Below, in pieces: positions 47,737-57,652 of a DNA stretch of 64,000 nt (the stretch's first letter is position 1; every line of letters begins with the position of its first letter). This DNA is from Rebecca billardiae RCC1528 (Eukaryota; Protista; Haptophyta). The translations under genes and the position numbers were made by a program. The DNA is taken from positions 1 to 64,000 of the forward strand of contig OZ251222.1 of the NCBI GenBank assembly GCA_965240325.2, read 5' to 3'. The notes below the pieces were generated by a model. It saw nothing but the letters and a program-made list of their open reading frames with translations. It was not told the origin of the DNA and did not search any database.

Positions 47737-50379
47737 ATGGCGGACGAGGACGCGCTCAGCGCGGCGCACGAGCTGAGGAGCCTGCGCGCCGAGCTCCGCG
47801 AGACGCGGGCGGAGCTGCACCGCGCGCACTTCCTGCTCTTCGGCACGTCGCGCCTGCTTCTCGAGCGCCCCTCGCCGTACGCGCCCGTCCGGCACGCCGC
47901 CGCGAAGGAGGATGCCCTGCGGACCGCGGCCGACGCCGCCTCGGAGCGCGTGCGGCAGAGTGACGCAGAGCGCGCCGTGGCGCACGCCACGGGCGCGGGC
48001 GTGCTCGCCCACGCGGTCGGTCCTGGCATGCCGCACGACGAGCAGCCACGCCAGGTCATGAGCGAGGCGGACGTGAGCGCGCAGACGCTGCGCGCAGCTC
48101 TGCGCGACGCGGACGCTGAGATTGGACGCGAGCGCACGCAGGCGGGCTACTTGCGCACGGCGCTGGAGCGCGTGATCCTGCGCCACTCGGCGGGTGCGCA
48201 CGACGAGTACCATGACGATGTGCCGGCCGTGCACACCGCGCGAGCGAGCGCGCACACCGAGCGCGCGCACGCCTCGCCGCGCGCGCGCGAGCACTCGCAC
48301 GCCTCGGCCTCGCAGCGCGCCGCGCTCATGGCAGCGGCGGGGCACGGGGCGGCCGCGTCCGTGGACGAGGGCGGGTGGCACGCGCTCAGCTCGCACAGCG
48401 CGCAGCCCACCGAGCGCGCCGCGCGACCGGACTTTCCCCCGTCCGCGCCGGAGACGCCACGCACAAGCGACCGCGATGGCGCGCTCACGCCCCTCTCGGC
48501 AGCGGCGGCCGCCGCCGTGGGCTCGCCGCCGCCGCGCTCGCCCTCGGCGTCGCGGGAGGAGCGCGTCGCGTTCGGCGTGGGGTACTTGCCGCGCGCGCGG
48601 CTGGCGGGCGCGCGCCCGCGCGCGCCCGCGCCGCGCGCGCCCAGCTCGCGCTGGCTGTGCGTCCTCGACCCGAGCGCGCCGCGTGCGCTCGGCCGCAACG
48701 CCCGGCTCTTCTCGGCCGGCACGGCGGCCGAGGCGGCGGAGGCGGCCGTGCCGACGAGGCTGGTGGCGTCGGCGTTGGCGGACGAGCCGGTGGGCGCGCT
48801 GCGCGAGTGGCGCGGCTCGATGCTCCTCGCCCTCGTCGACGGGCACGGCGAGCGCGCGGACGTGGCCGCGCACGAGGCATCGGCCGCGCTCCGCAGCTGG
48901 TTCAGCGACGCGGAGCGCTTTGCGGCCGCGGCCGCACAGCCGCGCGCAGCCATGCGCGAGGCGTTCGGCGCGGCGCACGAGGCGGTGTGCGCGGGGCTGG
49001 CGCGCGCGCTGCGCGCGAGCCCCGCCGACGGCGCGGGCGGCACGTCCGTCCCGCCGGCCGCGGGGTCGGCGCAGCCGTGGGCGCTGGGCTCGTGCGGCGC
49101 CAGCGCCGCCGTCGTGCTGCTGCTCAGCCCGAGTGCGCACGCGCCGCCCTCTGGCCCGGTGTGTGGGAGTGAGAGTGAGGAGGAGGACGGCGCGCGCGGG
49201 GCCGGCTCGGCACCCGCGCGCGTCGGCGCGGGGAGCGCAGACGGCTCGGCCGCGCGCGGCTGGACGGTGATCACGGCGAGCGTAGGCGATGTGAGCTGCG
49301 CGCTGTGCGAGGCCCCACACGCGCGCGCGCACCCGGCCAGCCCCGCTCTGCAGCCGGCGGCAGGTGGCCGGCTCGGTGCCCGCCCGGCGGGCTGGGAGGC
49401 GGCCGGCACGGCCGGCGCCGAGGGCGTGCGCGTGCTCAGCGCCGACCACACGCCCACCTCCGCCGCCGAGTACGCGCGCCTGCGCCGCGCCGCGCCCCAG
49501 CCGGGCCGGGGCACGCACGGCACGGCCTCTCCCGGCGGCGTCGGCAGCGGTCGCTCCCTTCGGCTGGTCTACCTCACACCTGCCGTGGCCGCGGCCACCG
49601 CCGCCGCGGCAGCAGCGGCCGCGGCCGAGGGCGGCGAGCACGGCGCAGCGGCGAGCGTCGCGCTCGCCGACGCCGCCGCCGACGCCGGCATCATCGACGT
49701 GTTCGCTCCTCCGGACGAGGGCGGCAGCGCGCGCCGCCCGGCGCCGAGCAGCGCCAACAGGCGCCGCGCGCAGGAGCAGCACATCGGTGCGGCCGCGCGG
49801 TGTGCGCCGCCCCTCTGCCACGCGCGCGCGCGCGCCCGCGAGGTTGCGCGGGGCTGCGCACGCGACGCGCCCGCGCCAACGCACCCGCGCCGACGCGCGC
49901 GCGCCGTGCGAGCAGGTGTGCGCGACGTGCGCGGCGCGCTGCCTGCCGTCGTGTTGGCGGCCGATGGCTCACGGCTGCCCGCGACGCGCATGCTAGGTGC
50001 GCCACGGCTGCAGCCAAGCGGCATCACCCACCAGCCATCAGTACGCGTGTGCGTGCTGCCGCGTGCCGACACCGGTGGCACGCGCCCATCACCCGCCGCC
50101 GCAAGGGCTGCGACCGGCCACGCGGCCTCGCCGGGCGCCGGCCCACTGCTCCTGCTCGGCACAGCCTCGCTCTGGCGGCTGTGGACACACGCGGAGCTGG
50201 GCGCAGAGCTCACCGCCGGGGTGCCCCCAGAGCAGCTGGGCACAGCGCCGGGGCTGCAGCAGGTGGTGGAGCGCGTCGCGGGTGCTTCCGCCGAGCGCAC
50301 CCAGGCCATCCTCGGCGCGGGCGGCGCAGCAGAGGCGGCGGGGATGCTGCTTCTGGCCGCGCAGCTGCCACCGCCGTGA
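47737..50379 (+). CDS. PP2C/PPM-fold protein with degenerate active site and N-terminal coiled coil
   Basis: LLALVDGHG, GASAAVVLL, ITASVGD, LSADH, LPATRMLG, LLLGTASLW; probable intron at ~49788-49915. Confidence 0.75.
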   Translation: MADEDALSAAHELRSLRAELRETRAELHRAHFLLFGTSRLLLERPSPYAPVRHAAAKEDALRTAADAASERVRQSDAERAVAHATGAGVLAHAVGPGMPHDEQPRQVMSEADVSAQTLRAALRDADAEIGRERTQAGYLRTALERVILRHSAGAHDEYHDDVPAVHTARASAHTERAHASPRAREHSHASASQRAALMAAAGHGAAASVDEGGWHALSSHSAQPTERAARPDFPPSAPETPRTSDRDGALTPLSAAAAAAVGSPPPRSPSASREERVAFGVGYLPRARLAGARPRAPAPRAPSSRWLCVLDPSAPRALGRNARLFSAGTAAEAAEAAVPTRLVASALADEPVGALREWRGSMLLALVDGHGERADVAAHEASAALRSWFSDAERFAAAAAQPRAAMREAFGAAHEAVCAGLARALRASPADGAGGTSVPPAAGSAQPWALGSCGASAAVVLLLSPSAHAPPSGPVCGSESEEEDGARGAGSAPARVGAGSADGSAARGWTVITASVGDVSCALCEAPHARAHPASPALQPAAGGRLGARPAGWEAAGTAGAEGVRVLSADHTPTSAAEYARLRRAAPQPGRGTHGTASPGGVGSGRSLRLVYLTPAVAAATAAAAAAAAAEGGEHGAAASVALADAAADAGIIDVFAPPDEGGSARRPAPSSANRRRAQEQHIGAAARCAPPLCHARARAREVARGCARDAPAPTHPRRRARAVRAGVRDVRGALPAVVLAADGSRLPATRMLGAPRLQPSGITHQPSVRVCVLPRADTGGTRPSPAAARAATGHAASPGAGPLLLLGTASLWRLWTHAELGAELTAGVPPEQLGTAPGLQQVVERVAGASAERTQAILGAGGAAEAAGMLLLAAQLPPP

Positions 50380-51104
50380 CGGCCGTGGCCACGGACGGGA
50401 GTCGTGCCTCAGTCAGTCATGTGAGTCATGGGCGTGTCGGATGACACTCGTCCGACTCTGAGTCCGACCCGCCGTCACGGCCGTCAGCACCCGTGGCATG
50501 TGACACTCCGGGGGGTGATACTGATACGTGAGTACTGATCAGTCGGCTGCGGGACTCGGACCGTGTTCGGTGTTAGGCGCACGCGGGCGGCGGCGAATAC
50601 TCGGGCACGCCGTCTGACGCGGGCCGGCCCGCGGCACGCGCTGCCACGTCTCAGTCGGAAGCTAGATGATGACGACGATGATGCGGCAACGCGGGACGAA
50701 GCAAGTATGCTGGCGGTCAGCGCGGTCTTAATCTTATATTGCCGTGAGACGAAGTGAGTGCCGCGTGATTGATGCTGCTACTGCTGCTGCTTGCTATAGC
50801 AGCCGTAGCAGTCGTAGTCGGCTGAGTGTAACTGCTGGCGCCGGCGGGCCGGTAGTCTGCTACGGCCATCGTCATCACTTGCTAGTGGACAGAACGACCG
50901 TATATTATTGGTCGTGCTGTCAGACCGTCGTCTGTCCGAGTGAGCGCGCGCGGAGTAGTTCCGAGGCCGACCGTGCGCTGTGCGCCCGCCCAGCGCGTAC
51001 GGTCCGGAGAGTCAGCCTGCCTGCCGCCGCCGAATACATCGTCAATATAAATATCGTCCCTGCGTCGTAGCAGTCGGACATATCGCGTCATCATATATAT
51101 GTAA

Positions 51105-52307
51105 TCAGGACGGAGACCTGCCGCCGTCGTGCCCGTGTGTCTCTAACTCTAAGTGACGGCCCACGGTGCGCCGTGCGGGACGCCTGGGACGGCTCGTCGT
51201 CGATGATGATGACGACGATGTCTGATTGTTCTGCTCATCTGTTGACGATGACGCCGCCTTAAGCATCGCACCGCAGATCTTTTCCAAGGTGTAGAGCCTT
51301 GAGCGCGTCGCTGCGTCAGGCCAGCATTCGCTGCCAGGGCGATCCTGAGGACTGTTAGGGCAGAGCCGGACCGCCTCTTGCACGTACAGATTGATTTTGT
51401 ACGGGAACAAGCGGACGAAAGCCTTCGGGTTGCGGGGGTTTGTCCAGCACGAGCGATCAGCCATGGGCGTGGACAGGTTCTCCGTCGCCACGTTGTTCCA
51501 GTTCAGCACGCTCACCTCGAAGCCCTTGCCTAAAATGTGGACACGCGCGCCACCATCGTGCGCGAAGCACGCGTTGCACGCCTCATTGATGGCCAGCGGC
51601 GGCTCCATGCACATCATGCGGCCAGGCGCGCTCGCGTTCTGCTGCCGGGCGTGCATGTAGTCCACCTGCTGAAGCGCGATCTCCGCGCCCTCTCGATTCA
51701 TCACCGCGACCAGGTCCCACGCGTACAAGGCCCAGGGTGTGCCCGGCCTCAGAGATCGGATGACGGGCCACGGCGGCACGCCGAGGGCACAACTCTGGAA
51801 GACGTCAGGGCGGGCGCGGATGACGAAGCCGTAGGGCTGCCCGCCGCGCTCGGCCTCGCCCCGAACGATCAGCTGCCAGCACATCTTGAACCGGAGGATG
51901 AGCGCGTACTGCGCGGGGCATCGGCTCTGCGTGCACAGCTTCCGCGGCCCGGTGGCTGCAATCAGCTGCTCGTCGGTCGCGACATGCGCGTACACGGCGC
52001 CGATGCCTGCGAGGGCCACGTCGCCCATGGCCTCTGTCACGTTCGGCCTACCATCCCAGTTTCTGTGCCACGTCACGCTCCACGTGAGCGACGTGGCGAC
52101 GTACGGGTCTGCAGGCGCCGGGCGTACGATCGCGTCGACAATGCGCCGCTGCACCTCGGGCAGCACCATCGTGCGCATCTCGCCGGCGAGGCACAGCGCC
52201 GCGCGCGCCTTTGGGCTCGGCCTCGCGTAGCTCCGCACGTGGTCCCCCTCGTCGCCGCGCGCCAGTACGGCGGCACACAAGGCAAGGGTGGCGCCTTGAA
52301 GACGCAT
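51105..52307 (-). CDS. Secreted or Golgi hypothetical protein, possibly glycosyltransferase-like
   Basis: Signal peptide; AALCLAGEMRT and YGFVIRARPDV motifs. Confidence 0.55.
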   Translation of the reverse strand: MRLQGATLALCAAVLARGDEGDHVRSYARPSPKARAALCLAGEMRTMVLPEVQRRIVDAIVRPAPADPYVATSLTWSVTWHRNWDGRPNVTEAMGDVALAGIGAVYAHVATDEQLIAATGPRKLCTQSRCPAQYALILRFKMCWQLIVRGEAERGGQPYGFVIRARPDVFQSCALGVPPWPVIRSLRPGTPWALYAWDLVAVMNREGAEIALQQVDYMHARQQNASAPGRMMCMEPPLAINEACNACFAHDGGARVHILGKGFEVSVLNWNNVATENLSTPMADRSCWTNPRNPKAFVRLFPYKINLYVQEAVRLCPNSPQDRPGSECWPDAATRSRLYTLEKICGAMLKAASSSTDEQNNQTSSSSSSTTSRPRRPARRTVGRHLELETHGHDGGRSPS

Positions 52308-52805
52308 GCCGCATACTTTATGCCCCATGCTGAAATTCGGACGCAATCCCGGCGGACCTGCATGTTCCAGGATTCAAGCCGCAAGAAATCCAAGGCATCA
52401 AGATCCGAAGGGCCGCCGAGGGGCCGAGTGCTCGTCTGTGCTCCGGTTCCTCTGGCGGCCGCTGACATCAGACATGTCAGTCGCTCGGGAGGCCGGGCTC
52501 AGCCGTATTCACGCGGTCTCAGCAGGTGTCTCAGAGCTGTACACGCGGGAGCGTCTATGGCATGCTTCATGAGCTAAGCGGACGGTGGAGTACATGCAGC
52601 ACAGACAGGCAGCGGCCGCTTGCAAGCTCAGCACGGTGCCGCTCCGAGCCGCTGGTGCCACGCGGCGCACGCCCGCTGAGGACTGAGCCGCGCACGCGTG
52701 CACGACCCGGAGACGTGCGCGCTGCGATGGTGCGTGGTGCGCCGTGGCCGCTTGGAGGGGCAGTGCACGGCGCGGCCAGCGAGCGCGGCGTGGTGCGGTG
52801 CGTGC

Positions 52806-54107
52806 TCACTTCATGGCGGCGTCGAGGCCCTGCTCGAACACCGTCAGCGCCCTGTCCACGTTGTTCCACTTGTCCAGCCCGAAGAGGCCGATGCGGAAGG
52901 TGGTGAAGTCGCTCGGCTCGCCAATCATCAGCGGCACGCCCGCGGCGATCTGGAAGGAGGCGTTGTTCTTAAACTTGGCCGCGTACGTGGCGTCGGGCGC
53001 GTACACGACGGCGACGCCGGGCGCCTCGAACCCCTTCTCCGCGACCGAGCGGAAGCCGCGCGCGTACATGATCTCGCGCACGCCGTTGCCCAGCCGCCAG
53101 CACTCCTTCTCGACCGTGTCGAGCCCTACGCCCTCCGTCTCCTTGAGCACCTCGTGGAAGGTGCGCAGGGAGTCGGTGGGCATCGTGGTGTAGTAGGAGA
53201 AGGCGCCGTCGAGGTACGTCTTCATCACCCCGTGCCACTTGCCCAGGTTCGCCACGAACGAGCCGCACTTGCGCCCGGCCTTCTCGTCCGCCTCGAGCAT
53301 CGCGCGCGCGCGCTCGCTCACCATCACGATCGCGCTCGACGCCGGGCCGGTCCAGCCCTTCTGCGGCGCCGTCAGGTAGCAGTCGACGCCGAGCTTGCCC
53401 ATGTCGACCCACGCGGCGCCGGAGGCGATGCCGTCGAGCACGAACACCGCGCCCACCTCGTGCGCCGCCTTCGCCACGCGCGCCACGTACTCGTCCGGCA
53501 GGATGATGCCGGCGGACGTCTCGACGTGCGGAGCGGCCACCATCGCGGGCTTCTCGCGCCGGATCGTCTCCTCGACCTCCTCGATGGGAGGCGGGGCGAT
53601 GGCGGGCTCGGAGCCCTTGGCCCAGCTGATGCCTGGCGCATCCGCCGATGCCGTCCCCACCGGCCGCCCCTTGAGCACCGTCACGTTGCCGTTGCCCAGC
53701 TCGTCAAAGATCTGCGACCACCGGTACGAGAAGTAGCCGTTGCGGATCACGACCGCCTTGCGGTCGTGGCCGGCGAAGGCGCGCGCCGCGGCCTCCATGC
53801 CGTACGTGCCCGAGCCCGGGATCAAGACGCAGTGATCCGTGTTGTACGCCGTGCAGAGGCTCGCGTGCAGATCCTTCATGATCGACTGGAATGGCGCGCT
53901 CATGTGGTTGAGCGCGCGGTCCGTGTACACGACCGAGAACTCCTGCAACCCGCCGTTCGCGTCGATGATCTCGTCCGGGACGACGCCGCGCTGTGTCGCC
54001 GTCGCGACGCGCGTCGCCGCCGCCGAGCTCGCCGCCATCGTCGCCGCCCGCCGCGTGGCGAGCATCCGGCCGGCCGACGCCGCGGGGGGGGCCAAGTGCT
54101 TCAACAT
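52806..54107 (-). CDS. Class-V PLP aminotransferase (alanine-glyoxylate/serine-pyruvate type), probably mitochondrial
   Basis: IPGSGTYGMEA, RNGYFS, HVETSAG, VLDGIAS, PLP lysine in TAPQKGW, FRIGLFG; Arg/Ala-rich presequence. Confidence 0.92.
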   Translation of the reverse strand: MLKHLAPPAASAGRMLATRRAATMAASSAAATRVATATQRGVVPDEIIDANGGLQEFSVVYTDRALNHMSAPFQSIMKDLHASLCTAYNTDHCVLIPGSGTYGMEAAARAFAGHDRKAVVIRNGYFSYRWSQIFDELGNGNVTVLKGRPVGTASADAPGISWAKGSEPAIAPPPIEEVEETIRREKPAMVAAPHVETSAGIILPDEYVARVAKAAHEVGAVFVLDGIASGAAWVDMGKLGVDCYLTAPQKGWTGPASSAIVMVSERARAMLEADEKAGRKCGSFVANLGKWHGVMKTYLDGAFSYYTTMPTDSLRTFHEVLKETEGVGLDTVEKECWRLGNGVREIMYARGFRSVAEKGFEAPGVAVVYAPDATYAAKFKNNASFQIAAGVPLMIGEPSDFTTFRIGLFGLDKWNNVDRALTVFEQGLDAAMK

Positions 54108-55036
54108 CTTGTTCGGGTGGCGTTGCGCAACGCGCTGGGTCGCGGTGTAATTGCGCGCGCAGATTCTCTCGCGCGCACCTGGACGTGACGTCGAGAGCAT
54201 AGATATGGGTGGGTAACCTCCGTGGCTCCGCCAGCCAATCAGGCGAAAGCACCCAGGTCGAGTCAATAGTGAGGAAGCGAGCCGCCGAAGCTTTGTCAGC
54301 GACGAAGGCGAACGGCATCGCTGCACCGAAGCCCCACCAACCTTCGTCGCCCAGTTTTGCCGCCCCCGCCCTGGTCCTTTGATTTGCGACGAGGTTCCCT
54401 CCCCCTCAGGTAGGGTGTCACTTTCCACGGGACGAGGCGGGGCCATCAGGGGGTCGTGCACGGGAAGGGGTCGTCTCTGTGAGCATATCGGGTAGCTTCA
54501 AACGATGCATGCACAGCCCTCGCGGCGGCGCGTCTGCTCAGCTGCCCGCTTCCAGCCGCAAGCTGAGTGCCGTGTCGAGCTGTTAGACCATCGGAATCTG
54601 TGCGCTCTCTCTCGCGCGCAGGCTGACGCCTGTGACGCAGTCGACTTCTCGCACGCACGCAGATTTGCAGCGTTTTATTTGAGGGCAGAGCGATTGGTTA
54701 CCACTGGGCAGGCACGACAGGTCGCCGTTGGCAGCTGCTGGCAGCCGAGCGACCGCAAACGCCGCTACTCGGATCATGGCACGCATCGCCACTCCACTTC
54801 TGCGCGAGTCGACCGCGCGAGTCGCCCGCAGTGCACGCGCTGCGCCCATTCTCCACATGCCGCTCAGCAGAGTGCGCGGTGCGGTGAAACGCGCCGCGCA
54901 CATGGACGCGTCCCGGCTCCCAGGCGTTGATGATGGCGGCGGCCGGCCGGATGAAAGGATGCGATGGGCGTCCGGACCGCGGCGGCTGGCAAGTGTGTTT
55001 AGGCCCAGCGCTTTTGCAAGCGCCGGGTGGCCCGCC

Positions 55037-56786
55037 ATGTCGTCGTCGGCGGATCAGGCGCCGGGCGGGGACCGGCAGCCGCTGGTGCAGCACCACCATC
55101 CGCTGCAGGAGGCCAGCGATGATCTTGAGGTCGGCCCTCCCGCGCGGCCCTCCGAGGAGTCAGCTGCGGGCACCCCTGCTGTGCCTGCGCTGCCTGCCGC
55201 GCCCACTGCCGAGCCGGCTGCGGACGCGGGCGCGATCGTGCCAGCGCAGGGGCGGGACGACGCGGGCGGCGCGGGCGGGCCGACCGCGCCGCCCGCTGCG
55301 GCCCCTGCCGCAGCGCCCGCCGCCGAGCCGCCCACGCCGACGCCGTGCGACGAGCTCGCGGTGCGCGTGCTGATGGGCGCCGCGCTCAAGTCGCTCGGCC
55401 TGACGCACCTCGCCCTGCTCGTGCCGCCGGCGGTGATGGCGCTCATCCTCGTGATGAAGGTGATGGCGTTCGTCGCCGGGCTGCTCGTCTACTTCGCCCC
55501 GGCGACGGCCGCGAGCGCGTGGCTCACCGCCATCCTGTGGCTCGCCAACCGCGCGATGCACCGCGCGGTGGTCGCGCGCAGCGACCGGCGCGGCCTGCGC
55601 GGCCTGTTCGTGTCGCTGCTGGTGCACGTGCCCGCCGCGTGCCTCCTCCCGTCGTTCGGGCCCGCGCTCGCGTTCAAGGACGCCCTGCACGCCCACCGCA
55701 CCGTCTGGCGCGTGGGCTCCCTCGACCTGCTCGTGCGCGTCCTCTCGATGACGGCCAAGGTGCGTACCGTCTGACAGTGTGCTGCGCTGCACTGCCGCAC
55801 AACCGCCACCGCGCGCACCGCCGCGCGCACCCACCCGCGCACGCCGCGCGCCACGCGCCGCACGCGCGCGCGCCCACGCCGCGCGCCGCGCTGCACGCGC
55901 CGCGCCGACGCGCCGCGCCGCGCCCGGCCACAGGTGGGCTTCACCGCGTGCTGCCAGCCGCCCGCGCTGGACGCGCGCCGGCTGGCGCCCCTCTTCCAGC
56001 TGTGGGAGGTGGGCGTGGGCGTGGTGCGCACGCTGCTGCCCGTGGCGTTCTGGCTGCACTGGCTGTGGTTCGGGCTGTGGCAGCTCGACATGTGCGCGGA
56101 GCCGAGCGACCCGGTGGAGTACACGCGGCGCGCGCACGTGCGCATGAGCTCGGTGGAGGAGTGCGCCGCCGCCGACGGCTGGCGCCACTTTGCGCTGTAC
56201 TGGGCAGCCGCCGCCTACCTGCCGTGGAAGCTGGCCAACGTGCTCGCGGCGCTCGGCGCCGTCGCCGCCTGGCTCGGCCGCAGCAAGCGGCCGCAGGTGG
56301 TGCGCGCCGCGCGCGCGGGCCGAGCGCGCGCGCCCTGCTCCCTCCAAGCCGCCGCCGCGCCCCGCCCTCCTCCTGACCACCCCGCTGCCGCGCGTGTGCC
56401 GCGCGTGTGCCACGCGCGTGCCGCGCCCGTGCCGTGGCGCTCGTGCGCGGCAGCCGTGCGGCCGGTATGCGAGCGAGGAGGAGCTGAGCGCGCTGGGCGA
56501 GGACACCACCTGCTCGATCTGCTACGAGGAGCTGAGCCGGCCGGTGGCGCTGACGCCGTGCAAGCACATCTTCTGCGAGCAGTGCCTCGTGCTGTGGGCC
56601 AACCGAGAGCCCGGCGGCTCGCGCACCGCGGGCGCGGGCGCGAGCGGGCGGATGCGCACGTGCCCCCTCTGCCGCTCGCCGATCGACGAGGCGAGCGAGC
56701 AGGGCGCGGTCGGGGACGCGCGCAAGTTCACGCACGACTGGTACCGCGCCGACGGCACCACGCCGCTGCACCCCCAGCTGCTGTGA
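55037..56786 (+). CDS. Transmembrane C3HC4 RING E3 ligase, RNFT1-like
   Basis: Several TM segments, then CSICYEE..PCKHIFCEQC..RTCPLCR; introns 55760-55933 and ~56300-56453. Confidence 0.8.
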
Positions 56787-57153
56787 GCGTCGGCGCGGGC
56801 TGTCAGATGCTGGCGCAGGCCCCAGGCCGCCAACGCCCATCGGCCAACGCCCTGGCAGCGTCATCTGCACCCGCTCATTCGCCGATTCATTCGCGCGCGA
56901 ACCGGAACGGCGGGCGGGACGCCGAACGCACGGTGCGATTATTGCTGCCACAAGGCTGCGTTGACGCAGCCTGCCGGCGCATGCACGAAGACTCGAATGT
57001 ATCGTAGTCCTTGAGAGTCGGGCCGCCGTGCCTTGCGCACTCAGAGTGCCCGGTTCGGGCACTGCAGAGTGGCCACGGGCCGCCACGTTGTCGTTGAGTG
57101 CAGAGTCGGACTAGCTCAACTGCTCTGTCTGCTCGTTTCACTTTCGGATGCTG

Positions 57154-57157
<4 letters not shown>

Positions 57158-57214
<57 letters not shown>
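57158..57214. repeat. (TA)n microsatellite
   Basis: Uninterrupted TA dinucleotide run; shorter runs near 115, 445, 23576 and 57338. Confidence 0.98.
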
Positions 57215-57219
<5 letters not shown>

Positions 57220-57529
57220 ACTGATCAACACGAAACGGTGTCTTATTGCACTAGCAGCACTCAGCGTCTCTGTGTCTGGCGAGTGGCGGGGTCTGTCAGT
57301 GACCGGCAACTACGCTAATAAGTGCTGAGCTCACCGCTATATATATATATATAATTGAAGATTTGAGATTTCCTGGCAAACTTGTCGCGGTGCGATGACC
57401 GTAGTCCTTACTGAGTTACTGCTGATGTAAATCATCTGCTAGTGCTACTATTAGAGTTAACTACGACGACAGCAAGCAGTCGCCAGCTAGTACCGCCGTG
57501 TAACTTTTACGCAGTCAGTCAGTAGTCAG

Positions 57530-57577
57530 TACAGTTTACTAAGAATAAGAGACGCACACAGCTCAGGCAGGCGAGAT
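57530..57577 (+). repeat. 48-bp dispersed repeat, copy 3
   Basis: Identical to 4405-4452. Confidence 0.97.
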
Positions 57578-57652
57578 TACAAAACGCTATATATACCTGC
57601 GCTCGCCAGTGGCTTCCGCGGCTTGAGCTATTTCAAACGGCCGCGGCTGACG

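Noticed and set aside
52806-54107. Intronless bacterial-looking aminotransferase as a recent horizontal transfer
   Set aside because: Host-like codon usage and a targeting presequence; many neighbouring genes are also intronless; a phylogeny would be needed.
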